Part shown: in pieces, positions 33,250 to 42,795 of the stretch | Layout of the letters: each line of letters begins with the position of its first letter | How positions within the stretch are numbered: the first letter of the stretch is position 1 | Origin: Pelagomonas calceolata | Taxonomy: Eukaryota | Reading direction: 5' to 3' | Assembly: GCA_918797485.1 (NCBI GenBank) | Contig: CAKKNE010000005.1 | Span: 2,170,001 to 2,234,000, forward strand | Length of the DNA stretch: 64,000 nucleotides | The notes under the pieces: generated by a model | Seen by the model: only the letters and a program-made list of their open reading frames with translations | What the model was told of the DNA's origin: nothing | The model's database searches: none | Translations under genes and position numbers: made by a program

Positions 33250-33396
33250 TAACTCGCAGCGCTCTGGTCTGAGAATCGAATAGCAAGGCCAAAAAGCGCT
33301 GCATTTCGCATTCCTCGCAAATATTCGAAGCTTACGTGCCAGTGCCTCGGTGCCTAGGAGTTATGAATTCGACTGCATAGCTCACAGGGGGCCAGG

Positions 33397-34740
33397 ATGC
33401 TCACGGCAGCGCTTCTGAGCTCGTACGCGGCCATCGATGCCGCATTTTGGGCCGACGTGGACAGTCGAGTCGGTGCCGCGGCCACGCCGCGGTTCCGGCA
33501 ATATTGTGCGAATTTCCGCGACGCGTGGGCTGCGGAGGCGGCGCCGGACCCGGCCGCGTCCGCGCTGGACGACGAGGTAGCGCGACCGTCGTTGCTGGAC
33601 ACGGGCCAGTTTGTGGCGCGCCACGCCGGAGCGTTCCCGGGCCTGACCGCGCGACCGTTCTGGGACGCGCGAGAATTTCCATGGCTCGAGCCGCTGGTCG
33701 CGGCCGCGCCGGCGATGGCGGCGGAGCTTGCGAGCGCGCGGGGCGACGCCTACGATGTGGCGATGGCGCCGGGTCGGGCCGTGGACGTCTTCTTTGAGGA
33801 CGGCACAAGCGATACTGGCACGATCGACCGCCGCGTCGAAAGCTCTTGCGAGGACGGCACGAGCGATGCCGGCACGATCGACGGCGTCGACGCATCTACC
33901 TACGACGTGCGGTACGCCGACGGCGAGGTCGAGCGTCTCGACCGCTCGCACGTGGCGCCGCGCGGCTCGGCCTGGCTGCGTAAATTGCGGAAGCGGTACC
34001 CCTGGCCCCGGGCCCTCGAGGCGACTGGCTTTGAGCACTTTTCGGTGGCGCGCGCTCTCGCCAGCGCCGAGCTGTGTGGAAATCAACCAGTACGGAGACA
34101 GCGTCGGCGCGGGGCGCCAAAATTTGATTTCCACATAGGTGCCGAGAAGGGCGCGTTCACCGCCACGCGCGCCGCGCTGCGCACCTGCCGCGACCGGGCG
34201 CCCGCCGCCTCCCGCGGAGGCCGCTTCCACCAGTACGGGAGCCCGCGCTTCGTGGGCTACTCGCGTCATCGGCCGCGGTCCGTGCTGGCCGCGCACTCGG
34301 ACCTCTGGAACTGGTGCCTGACGGCCCACGTGCCCCTCCAGATGCCGTCGACGCCGCGGCCCGGCACGCGCGTCGACCCGCCTTCACTAGAAGCGCAGGC
34401 CGCCGTCGCGCCGCGGCACACGCGCTCGGGTGGCGCCGTTGCAGCCATGGACCGCGCGACGTACGCCGAGGCCCTCTGGGGAGAGGAAGGCGAGCGCGTG
34501 GGTAGTGGTGCCGCTGGCATGATCGTCGCGGGCGAGGCTAGGCCCTGGACGGAGCCCCTCGTCTTCGACACGTCCTTCGTCCACAGCGCCTACAACGACG
34601 GCGACGCGCCGGCCGACTACCTGCATATCGACTTCTACCACCCCGAGCTCACCGCCGACGAGCGGCGCGCCCTCTCCATCTTCCAGCGGTGCCAGGGCCG
34701 TTGGAAGAAGTCCCGCGCCGCACTCGCTCTAGCAGCGTAA
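33397..34740 (+). CDS. Aspartyl/asparaginyl beta-hydroxylase-family protein with a Tudor-like insert (paralog A; probable intron 34064-34138)
   Basis: FPGLTARPFWD, AHSD...HVPL, VFDTSFVHSAYN, DFYHPEL; YDVRYADGEVE. Confidence 0.8.
   Translation: MLTAALLSSYAAIDAAFWADVDSRVGAAATPRFRQYCANFRDAWAAEAAPDPAASALDDEVARPSLLDTGQFVARHAGAFPGLTARPFWDAREFPWLEPLVAAAPAMAAELASARGDAYDVAMAPGRAVDVFFEDGTSDTGTIDRRVESSCEDGTSDAGTIDGVDASTYDVRYADGEVERLDRSHVAPRGSAWLRKLRKRYPWPRALEATGFEHFSVARALASAELCGNQPVRRQRRRGAPKFDFHIGAEKGAFTATRAALRTCRDRAPAASRGGRFHQYGSPRFVGYSRHRPRSVLAAHSDLWNWCLTAHVPLQMPSTPRPGTRVDPPSLEAQAAVAPRHTRSGGAVAAMDRATYAEALWGEEGERVGSGAAGMIVAGEARPWTEPLVFDTSFVHSAYNDGDAPADYLHIDFYHPELTADERRALSIFQRCQGRWKKSRAALALAA
34064..34146 (+). 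mobile_element. Introner element (element 34072-34138; 75-nt GC-AG intron)
   Basis: TIR CTGTGTGGAAATCAA / TTGATTTCCACATAG; TSD GCGCCGAG/GTGCCGAG; absent from paralog B. Confidence 0.9.
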
Positions 34741-34782
34741 CGGAAACACAGCATGCTTATGGGGTCAGGGGGGATTCTTCCT

Positions 34783-35709
34783 TCAGTGGAACTGGCAGCC
34801 GCAGTGCGCGCAGACGGGCGTCGGCCAGCCGTCGCCCGCCTCGCGCTGCGTCGGGTGGCCGTGGCGCTTGCAGTCGGGGCAGACGCGGTGCCACTCGCCG
34901 ATCTCGTCTCCTAGAAACCCGCAGGCCGCGCACGCGTTCGAGTTCACGGGCGGGCCCCGCAGCGGTTTGCCGTTTGCGTCAATATTTGAGGGGTGTTTCA
35001 GGTACGGCAGCTCGGCCTTGAGCTGGGGCGAGCAGCATAAAGCATAGAGCTCCTCGAGGCGGTTCAGGGCGCGCTCGTCCAGCACCTTCTCGCGGAACGT
35101 CGGCGCGTAGTCCACGAGGCGCTCCGTCGACAGGAGTTGCAAATGGTGCGCCCTTAGGTCGTCGCAGGCCGTGTGGACACAATACGCGCCGCAGCGCGGC
35201 CGCGGGCACCGGTAGACGGGCTGGCCGAGCCTTAATAAAGCGTTGAGGCTCCGCGTCGTCGCCTTTTTGGCTTCCGCGGCCTTGGCCTTGGCGGCTCTCT
35301 CGGAAACGTGGGCGAGCGCGTGCTTCTTGAGTTGCGCCTCGGCGGCTTTGGTGGAGAAGCGCTCGAGGCGGTGCTTGCCGTCTCCACAAAAAGCGCAGAA
35401 GGGCGCCCACTGCCGCGTGGCCCAGGCCTCGGCGTCGGGGCTGCCGGGCAGGCCGTGCGGCCCCCTTAGTGGCAGAGAATTGATGTGGCGTTCGGCGCAG
35501 GCCACGCAGAGGCGGTGCGCGCGCGCGCCGCAGACGACGCTCCGCGGCCCCGCGGCGTCGAGGCAGGCCGCGCACGTCGCGGTCCTCAATCGCGTCGGCG
35601 GCGGCGTCGGCGGGGTCTTGGCCCGCTTCGCCGGGCGCCGCGCGGCGGGCGCCTTGCGCTTCGCGGGCGGTCGGGCGCGCGTCGTCGCGCCGGCGCGCGT
35701 GCGGACCAT
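34783..35709 (-). CDS. Cys/His-rich RING/IBR-like zinc-finger protein
   Basis: CAAC...CGARAHRLCVAC, CPRPRC...HTACDDL, NACAACGF. Confidence 0.55.
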   Translation of the reverse strand: MVRTRAGATTRARPPAKRKAPAARRPAKRAKTPPTPPPTRLRTATCAACLDAAGPRSVVCGARAHRLCVACAERHINSLPLRGPHGLPGSPDAEAWATRQWAPFCAFCGDGKHRLERFSTKAAEAQLKKHALAHVSERAAKAKAAEAKKATTRSLNALLRLGQPVYRCPRPRCGAYCVHTACDDLRAHHLQLLSTERLVDYAPTFREKVLDERALNRLEELYALCCSPQLKAELPYLKHPSNIDANGKPLRGPPVNSNACAACGFLGDEIGEWHRVCPDCKRHGHPTQREAGDGWPTPVCAHCGCQFH

Positions 35710-36156
35710 ATTTCTTTTCTCCTTGTCGAAGCCGAGCTGCTTGAGGGCCGAGAGCGTGTGCTAAGGCTGAAGTGCTCTTGATTTGTTCACTCCGTGAGAG
35801 CCTCTCTCCTGGAGCGCCTTTTGGTTTGAATTTTTTTGTGCAGTGCCTGGTAGTATGACCTGTACCGGAGCGAGCTGCGCGAGATCCGGGCGACAGATTT
35901 ATGATAGGATTCTCACCTGGCACTCAAGGCAGTGCGTCGAGCACACATCTCTAGCATCTCTATCTCTAGCTCGGTCACCCGTCCGACACCCACTCTCTGT
36001 CGCAGGAACCGATACGAGACACGCGGAAGAGGAGTCCTACGCCCCCCGCGACCCACCCGCGGAGCTTTCCAGTTTGCAAAGCTTGGCACTTGGCATTGTT
36101 GGGGGCAGCCGCCGCGCAACCCTGGACACCGCCGGACGGGGGGCAGCCGAAACACG

Positions 36157-36770
36157 ATGAGCCAGTTCCGGCCCACCTACGACAGGGTCTTCTCCAAGAA
36201 CAAGCTCCCAGACTACGAGTACAAACCCCCACCACAACAAATTGGGGTCATCGAGGGCGCCCTCCTGAAGCGCAAGAGCAAGAAGTGGCCCCTCAAGGAC
36301 GCGCGCTGGAAGCGCTACTGGGTCGTGGCCGACGGGACGACGCTGCGCTACTTCCGGAACGAGCGGAGTGATGATGATGAATTACGAAAGCTAAAACCGA
36401 GCAATGGGGCCATCGCGCGGAAGCGCGTGCCGCTCCAATTGTGCAGCGTGGCGCGGACGTCGGGCGGCCGGCCGGGCTTCGAAGTGAAAGTGGACGAGGG
36501 GAGCGACGCGACGTACACGATGCAGTTCGCGGCGTCCTGTGGTGCCTTCGAACTGACGCGTCGCGGCGATGGCGTGCCGCCTCGACGCCATCGACGCGAC
36601 ACTGTCCACTGAGTGTCTTGTGGCGGCTGGCGCTCGTCTTGAGGCACGCGCGACTCACCTGTGGCGGTCTACACAGGCAGTTCGCGTGCGACGGTGAAAG
36701 TGACCGGGACAAGTGGGTCGGCCACCTCGAGGCTATGATTACTGACGCGCGGGCGCTATCTCAAGAGTAA
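36157..36770 (+). CDS. PH-domain protein (exons 36157-36521, 36677-36770)
   Basis: EGALLKR...WKRYWVVADGTTLRYF; splicing gives MQFACDGESDRDKWVGHL. Confidence 0.85.
36522..36686 (+). mobile_element. Introner-like GC-AG intron 36522-36676
   Basis: Direct repeat GCAGTTCGCG at both junctions; CGGCGTCC at +9; internal ACGCCATCGACGCG. Confidence 0.85.
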
Positions 36771-37861
36771 TTACGTTCTTTCAACCCCGGCGCGAAGAGG
36801 CTCCCAATAAATAGTTGGGCGGGGTGCAGCACCATGATCGGCGCGCAGTAGTAGGCCAGGTCCGGCGAGCCCTCGAAGAGCGTCCGGATGAGCGGCAGGC
36901 CGAAGGCCAGCGTCTTGTGCGAGGCGCAGAACGCGAAGGCCGTCGCCTCCCTGTTGTCAAACTGGGTCCGGCCTATCTTCAGACAGAGGCGTAGGATCAT
37001 AACGTGCAACAGGGGCAGTCCGACCAAGAGCGCGACTAAATCCGAGCCTGATACTCCTAAACCTTTCCCGAACGCCGCCGAGAAGGCGCACCACACCACG
37101 CTGAGTAGAGCTAATTCTTGGGCCCGCTTCGCGAGGGTCTTGCGCTTCTCCAGCATAGATCTTATCCATTGTGACCGTCTCAACAATTGGCCGACGAATA
37201 CAGGTAAAGCGACCTTCGCGCCCAGGGACTTGGCTACAATGGATGCGGGCGGCAACTGCACCGACTTCTGCATCAGCGCGAAGACCAGAGCCGGCGTCAC
37301 CACCACTCCTAACAAATTGCCAATTACGGCGTTCGTCAGCGCGGCGGCGACGTCGCCGTCCGACGCCTGTGTTAATGCGACACACATATTCACCGTTGTG
37401 GGTAAGCAGCTCGTCACGAGCAAACCGTCCAGTAGCCTTCCATCTAGAGACGTCTTGCGCAGTACGGAGATGACCGGCAGCATCAGCGCGGGGAACGCTA
37501 TCAAATTGGCCCCTTGCGTCAAGCCGTTGAGCTTCGTGTTCGTGGCTGCTTTCTTGAGTTCCGACAGTTTTAATCCTAAGCCGCTCAATACGAAAATCGT
37601 GGCCACCGCGTATTTGCCGACGAATTTCTCGCAGGCCTGGCCCGGCCCGGGACTTAAACCGGCGACGGCGACGGACGCGACCATGCCGCACACAAAAAAG
37701 TTGCGGTCGACGAAGGCCGTGATGCGTTTCACGGGAGCGGTGTCGACGGCGCCGCCGCCGCGCAGCACGGTGCGTTTTACTGTGGCCCGCGGGCGCGCGA
37801 GGGAAAGCGCGCAGCTTTGCGGCACGGCTGCGAGCAGCGCGAGGAGGGCCGTGCCGTGCAT
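36761..37861 (-). CDS. Sodium/bile-acid symporter family protein (SLC10A7/BASS4-like)
   Basis: IFVLSGLGLK, CLPTTVNMCVALTQ, FCASHKTLAFGLP, HPAQL. Confidence 0.88.
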   Translation of the reverse strand: MHGTALLALLAAVPQSCALSLARPRATVKRTVLRGGGAVDTAPVKRITAFVDRNFFVCGMVASVAVAGLSPGPGQACEKFVGKYAVATIFVLSGLGLKLSELKKAATNTKLNGLTQGANLIAFPALMLPVISVLRKTSLDGRLLDGLLVTSCLPTTVNMCVALTQASDGDVAAALTNAVIGNLLGVVVTPALVFALMQKSVQLPPASIVAKSLGAKVALPVFVGQLLRRSQWIRSMLEKRKTLAKRAQELALLSVVWCAFSAAFGKGLGVSGSDLVALLVGLPLLHVMILRLCLKIGRTQFDNREATAFAFCASHKTLAFGLPLIRTLFEGSPDLAYYCAPIMVLHPAQLFIGSLFAPGLKERNYS

Positions 37862-38057
37862 GCTTGTTACGTCTGCGCTCTCACTGCTTGGCGTGCAACT
37901 AGGTGCAGTCTGCACCGAGGGCTGGTTTGCAACAGACTGCAATGCACAGCTCGTCTGCGCACTAATTACTGTCGTGTGGTGCAAGACACACACAGAGACT
38001 CGCCTGTGGCAAACTATTGACTCATACGCAGAGGCTCGTCCGAGCGCGGAGCAGCTG

Positions 38058-38082
38058 GCTAGCGGCATGTAAAGACACTAGC
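38058..38082 (-). promoter_or_regulatory. CTAG-bounded upstream motif
   Basis: Reverse complement gctagtgtctttacatgccgctagc, ~200 bp upstream of the ATG at 37861. Confidence 0.55.
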
Positions 38083-38620
38083 CAGCAAACTCGGAACGCT
38101 CATGCAGCCGTTCGAGTATCGTTCGGCTGGCTAATGGTCCAAAGAGACCAATGGGACACGTACCGGGGGCCGAAAAAGAACAGTTTTGAATTCGCGGCGC
38201 TCAGGCTGAGGACGCCACAAGGCGGGCGCGCCAGTGGAATCCTGTCAATCCGTGGCCCTGAGGTCTCCCTGGGGTCGGTTCGGGTCGGTTCTATACATGG
38301 ATAGTCGCCCACACCGCACACGCCGCCGCTTCCAGCATATTTCGGCCAATTCTCTCATCAGTGCCGCCCACAAAACCATGAATAGCTTGGCATGGCTTCC
38401 AGAGCTCTCGGAGCCCCCAAGAATCGGCGCATGCGGTACAGGCGACTACCCACCACCGGACCTACCCCGAGAGACCTCCAGGAGCCGATCTGCCCCCGAA
38501 AAAAGTGTGTAATTTGGGCCCGATGGCGCCTCGTTCCCGTAAAAAACGTCAATTACCCGATCCCCCCAGGAATCGTAATAGCGGTCTCGTCGGACCCTAT
38601 ACTACCCCAACGATAGTCAA

Positions 38621-39169
38621 CTACAAGTATATGACATCTACATTATAAGAAGAGTACTTTTGGCTGCCCACGCTCGGGACGTGAACATCTTTATCTGGAC
38701 CTCGCGCAAGTCGGTCGATCATGAAACAAATGATCGCGTCATGGTCCATGGTGATGGTACACGCGCTGATGGTCGCAGGTCCGGTTTCTGTGCCTCGTAT
38801 TCGATCGATCTTGCGCTCGCGAGTTGGCCGAGCCGCCCGGTGATTTCTGGACAAGAAATTAAATGTAGTAGACGTTCAGCCCGGTTGGATGGCTCGTCTG
38901 GTAACCGAAGCGCCTGAAACGCAAATTTATTTCACAAACCACCGGTCTGGGGCCTTTCTGGTGCTCCGTCAACACACCGTCGTCCGCGGAGAACGGGCAA
39001 GTCGGTCGATTGTGAATAGAACAACGGCGTTATGGTCCATCTGGATAGTGGCGTCGCTGATAGTCGCATATCTAGTTCTTCTGCTCGTTAACACATAAAC
39101 GCGTGGCAGCGAAGTCGTCGAATCGCGCGGCTCTAACGGAGAACCTAAAATAGATGAGTAGTTGTTCAA
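38621..39169 (-). pseudogene. Decayed duplicated coding relic with a serine-recombinase-like IDRLAR motif
   Basis: Two same-frame copies 291 bp apart: ATISDATIQMDHNAVVLFTIDRLARSP and ATISACTITMDHDAIICFMIDRLARGP. Confidence 0.4.
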
Positions 39170-39645
39170 ACGGCCTAGATGGCCTCTACCACTAACAAAC
39201 GGAAGGAAACGAACATAAACTCGGGAGTTGTCTAGTAGAATACTTCTCCCGCCCTCCGAGCGCGTGCCGTCGGCTCCGGTTCCGTCGATTGTGTATGAAA
39301 ACTGGGCTGGAGTTGATATAATGTAGCAATCGGACGGTAGAAGGCGGCGTCAATCGCTGGTGTATTTTGGCGAGCCGCAAGACCTAGTGATCTAGCGTAT
39401 CGACATACTAGGAATCCGTATATATATATAAATATGAGGGACTGCGTAAGCACTTTTGTGGTGGCCGGCTCAACTCGGCCGAACGGAGCCATCCCACCAC
39501 GAAGAGGCTTGCCCGGACACAGTATGGACGGCTGCGGACGAAACCGGGGAGGCGTCAACCGTCGCGGCGTCGACGCGCGTCCGGCCCACGACTCCGAGGT
39601 ACGACGACCTCCCCCCTCCCTACTACAAATAACACACGAAAGATG

Positions 39646-40454
39646 TTATGCGCTACCACCCTCGGCCAGGATGCGGGACGCCCAGACCGAGAACTCCTTG
39701 TTCGACATGCCCGTCCGGTCGATCAGCTTGTCCACGACGAGCCGCCAAATACCTAACTGGACCTCGGGCTTGGCGCCGTCGCGCATCGTCATCGCCACAT
39801 CATACAAGAAGGGCAGCTTCTCCCGCGTCATTTCGTCCTCAATATCCGTGAGCGGGTTCGTCGTCGGCCCGATCTTGTCCGTCTCGTACGACACGTCGTA
39901 GTTGAGCTTGAGGTCCATGAAGAACTCGAGGAAAGCCACATAAATGTCGTTGTGCTCCTGCGTTCGTAGACAGGTTGTGTCGCGGCGGCGCGTCTCTCGT
40001 CGATTGCGTCGGTGTATCGCGGCGCGGGTCTATGTAGGCCGGCGTCGCGGCGACGACGTCGCCGCGCGGCACACATGGGCGAATGCTCTCTCTCTATGCG
40101 CTGTGGGTGCGTCGCGTCGACGGCGTCGAGGCGGTGCCACCTCGACGCCATCGACGCGCTGGTGCGCAGGCAACGACGGCGCGCCGCCACCACGCGATGC
40201 ACGCACGCCGAAGAAGCAGGGGGACGCCGGCTACTAACATCAGTAACGTACGCTTTGCGCAGCTTCTCCGCCGAGTCCGGCATCTCCGCGCCCTCTTCCA
40301 GATTTCTCTTGACGTCGTCCAGCAGCCCCTTGGCGCGAAATTTCAAGTCTACGGTCTCCTGCGGCAGCTTGTAGACGCGCGTGCGGACCGGCCGGGGCCG
40401 GTGGGGCGGCACGAGCGCGCTGCTCAAAGCGGCGAGGGCCAGCAGCCACCGCAT
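39646..40454 (-). CDS. Hypothetical protein with signal/transit peptide (exons 40454-40239, 39957-39646)
   Basis: MRWLLALAALSSALVPP...KAYVTD|EHNDIYVAFLEFF after removing a GTTAGT...CAG intron. Confidence 0.65.
39958..40238 (-). other. 281-nt GT-AG intron with introner-type internal motifs
   Basis: CCGGCGTCC at +9; several CGCCATCGACG/CGTCGATGGCG motifs; ends ACGCAG; no TSD left. Confidence 0.6.
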
Positions 40455-40842
40455 GCTGCCGGAGCGCACTGTTCGCTGTCCAGGCGAGCGGTACGCGGCC
40501 CCAAATTCAAACCTTGGACAGACCAATGCGGAGCAAAACCTGTTTTGTTTTGCTGCACGGTTTTTGTGCTGTACGCCTCGCATCACTATTTTACTGATTT
40601 GATCGGTGCATAGCTCTAAGCAAAGGCGATCAACAAGTCGTGCCCTTTGTGAGGGAGGGGCTTCAGGAGGGGCAGGCATACAAGCTCGTAGCAGTAAGCA
40701 GACATCAGTGCGCTGGCTGGAAGTACCTTAAAACGCGTGCACGGAAGCTCTGCAGCGGAGAAATACATCAATTTGTGGTCCGAGGCACATTTCTGGGCCC
40801 AGAGCACTGTGGCACTGCTGGCAGTCTACTGCAGGCGGCGTG

Positions 40843-42105
40843 ATGATGCGCTTCTTCGCCGTCGCCGTCGCGGCCGAGGCCGTCACGTTCGCGCCCGCAT
40901 CAACGACACAACGCTACGCGGCCCTCGACGCCGCCTTCTGGCGCGACGTCGACACGCAGGTCGGTCCCGACCCACCGCCGCGCTTCGCCCAGTTCTGCCG
41001 CCAGTTCCGCGACACCTGGAACGATGACGTAAGAACAATGGGCCCGGAGGACACGGAACTCGACGACGACAAAGCTAGGCCTTTACTCATCGACGACCAG
41101 TACGTCGCGCGCCACGGCGGGCTCTTTCCCGGGTTAAGAACGACGCCGTGGTGGGACCCGTCCGATTTCGCGTGGCTCGATCCTCTCGTAAAGGCCGCAC
41201 CAGACATATCAAATGAACTCGCGAATGCGCGCGGCGTCGACGCGATCGTGGAACCCGGCGTCGGGGTGGAGGTCAAGTTCCCGGGCGACGCCGGGCGCTA
41301 CGCGGCGACGATCGTGGAGCGCGTCGAGGACGACGCGTTCGTCGTGCGCTACGACGACGGCGAAGAGGAGATCGTCCAGAGGAGCTGCATTTACGGAAAA
41401 GCGACGCCGTGGCTCCGCCGGGTCCAGGCGCGCAGCGCGCCGCCGCCGCTCCTCGAGGCGTGCGGCTTCGAGCACGTGAGCGTGGCGACGGCGCTGGCCG
41501 CGGCGGAGCCGTCGCGCTTCGCGAGGACGCGGGCGGCGTGGCGGGCCGCGCTCGACGCGGGCTTGTTTGATGTGATGCAGTGGCAGCGGCGCGTCTACGG
41601 GTCGCCGCGCCTCGTGGGCCTCTCGCGGCAGCGGCCCCGGAGCGTGCTGCCGGCGCATTCGGATCTGCGGAACTGGGTCCTGACGGCGCACGTGCCGCTG
41701 GCGACGCCGGCCGCGCCGCGCCCCGGGCCGCGGGCGCCGCCGCCGTCCCTCGCTTCCCAAAAAGCCCTCGCGCCGCGGCGCGCCCTCGCGCGCGCAGCGA
41801 CGCGGGACGCCGACCGCGCCGCCTACGCGGCCAAGCTCTGGGGCGCGGGCGAGCGCGTTGGTAGTGGTGCCACTGGCATGATCGTCGCGGGCGAGGCGAG
41901 GCCATGGACGGAGCCCCTCGTCTTCGACACGTCCTTCGTCCACAGCGCCTACAACGACGGCGACGCGCCGGCCGACTACCTGCACGTCGACTTCTTCCAC
42001 CCGGACCTGACGGCGGCTGAGCGCCGCGCGCTGCGGGTCCTGCGCGACGGCCAGGCGCGGTGGCGCGCGGCGCGGGCGGCACTGCGCGCGGAGCTGACGC
42101 GATGA
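40843..42105 (+). CDS. Aspartyl/asparaginyl beta-hydroxylase-family protein with a Tudor-like insert (paralog B, intronless)
   Basis: FPGLRTTPWWD, AHSD...HVPL, VFDTSFVHSAYN; FVVRYDDGEEE. Confidence 0.8.
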   Translation: MMRFFAVAVAAEAVTFAPASTTQRYAALDAAFWRDVDTQVGPDPPPRFAQFCRQFRDTWNDDVRTMGPEDTELDDDKARPLLIDDQYVARHGGLFPGLRTTPWWDPSDFAWLDPLVKAAPDISNELANARGVDAIVEPGVGVEVKFPGDAGRYAATIVERVEDDAFVVRYDDGEEEIVQRSCIYGKATPWLRRVQARSAPPPLLEACGFEHVSVATALAAAEPSRFARTRAAWRAALDAGLFDVMQWQRRVYGSPRLVGLSRQRPRSVLPAHSDLRNWVLTAHVPLATPAAPRPGPRAPPPSLASQKALAPRRALARAATRDADRAAYAAKLWGAGERVGSGATGMIVAGEARPWTEPLVFDTSFVHSAYNDGDAPADYLHVDFFHPDLTAAERRALRVLRDGQARWRAARAALRAELTR

Positions 42106-42210
42106 CGACGCGACGCGTAGACGGCGCCGCGACTAGGAATCGTCGTCGGGCCTCAACGCGAGATGGATGTGCGATGAGATAACAAGAGTAACAGCAAACA
42201 TGTTATACAT

Positions 42211-42795
42211 TTACCGCTCGCCGGCGTAGGCGCCCGGCACGAGGACCGTGTCGATGGCGTGGATGATGCCGTTGTCGCACTCGACGTCCGACGGCCAGTT
42301 GGAGGACTTGGACGGGCCCTCCGACTTGAGGCCGATGATGGCGTAGTCGAGCCAGTTCTTGCGGAACTTGCGGTAGTAGGTCAGCGTGCCGCCGTTGAGC
42401 GTCTTCTGGTCCGAGTTGAGGGCGTCCATCGTCTTCTTGCCCTCGATGACGTGGTACTTGAGCACGTCGGCGTCGATCGGCGTGCCGACCTCGGCGTTGT
42501 GCTTGTCGAAGGCCGAGTTGGCCGGCGCAAGGAGCGTGTACTCGCCGCCCGAGAGGTCGACGCCGTTCGACGAGAGGGCCGAGGCGAGCTGGTCGAAGTT
42601 GTCGTAGCCCTTGATGTCGGCCTCGTCGTGGCCGAGGAGCACGCCGTCCGAGCCCCAGAAGATCTCCGGGCCCTCCATGGTGGCGAGGGTGTCGGCGATG
42701 GACGCCTCGACCTTCGTGGCGGCCTTGGGGGCCGCGACGGGCGCGAAGGCCGTGACGGCCGGGGCGAGGGCGAGGGCGAGAGCGAGCTTGGCCAT
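42211..42795 (-). CDS. Fasciclin (FAS1) domain protein, copy 1, with a plastid-type TAFAP presequence
   Basis: YTLLAPANSAF (H1), LKYHVI, DNGIIHAIDTVLVP (H2). Confidence 0.9.
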   Translation of the reverse strand: MAKLALALALAPAVTAFAPVAAPKAATKVEASIADTLATMEGPEIFWGSDGVLLGHDEADIKGYDNFDQLASALSSNGVDLSGGEYTLLAPANSAFDKHNAEVGTPIDADVLKYHVIEGKKTMDALNSDQKTLNGGTLTYYRKFRKNWLDYAIIGLKSEGPSKSSNWPSDVECDNGIIHAIDTVLVPGAYAGER

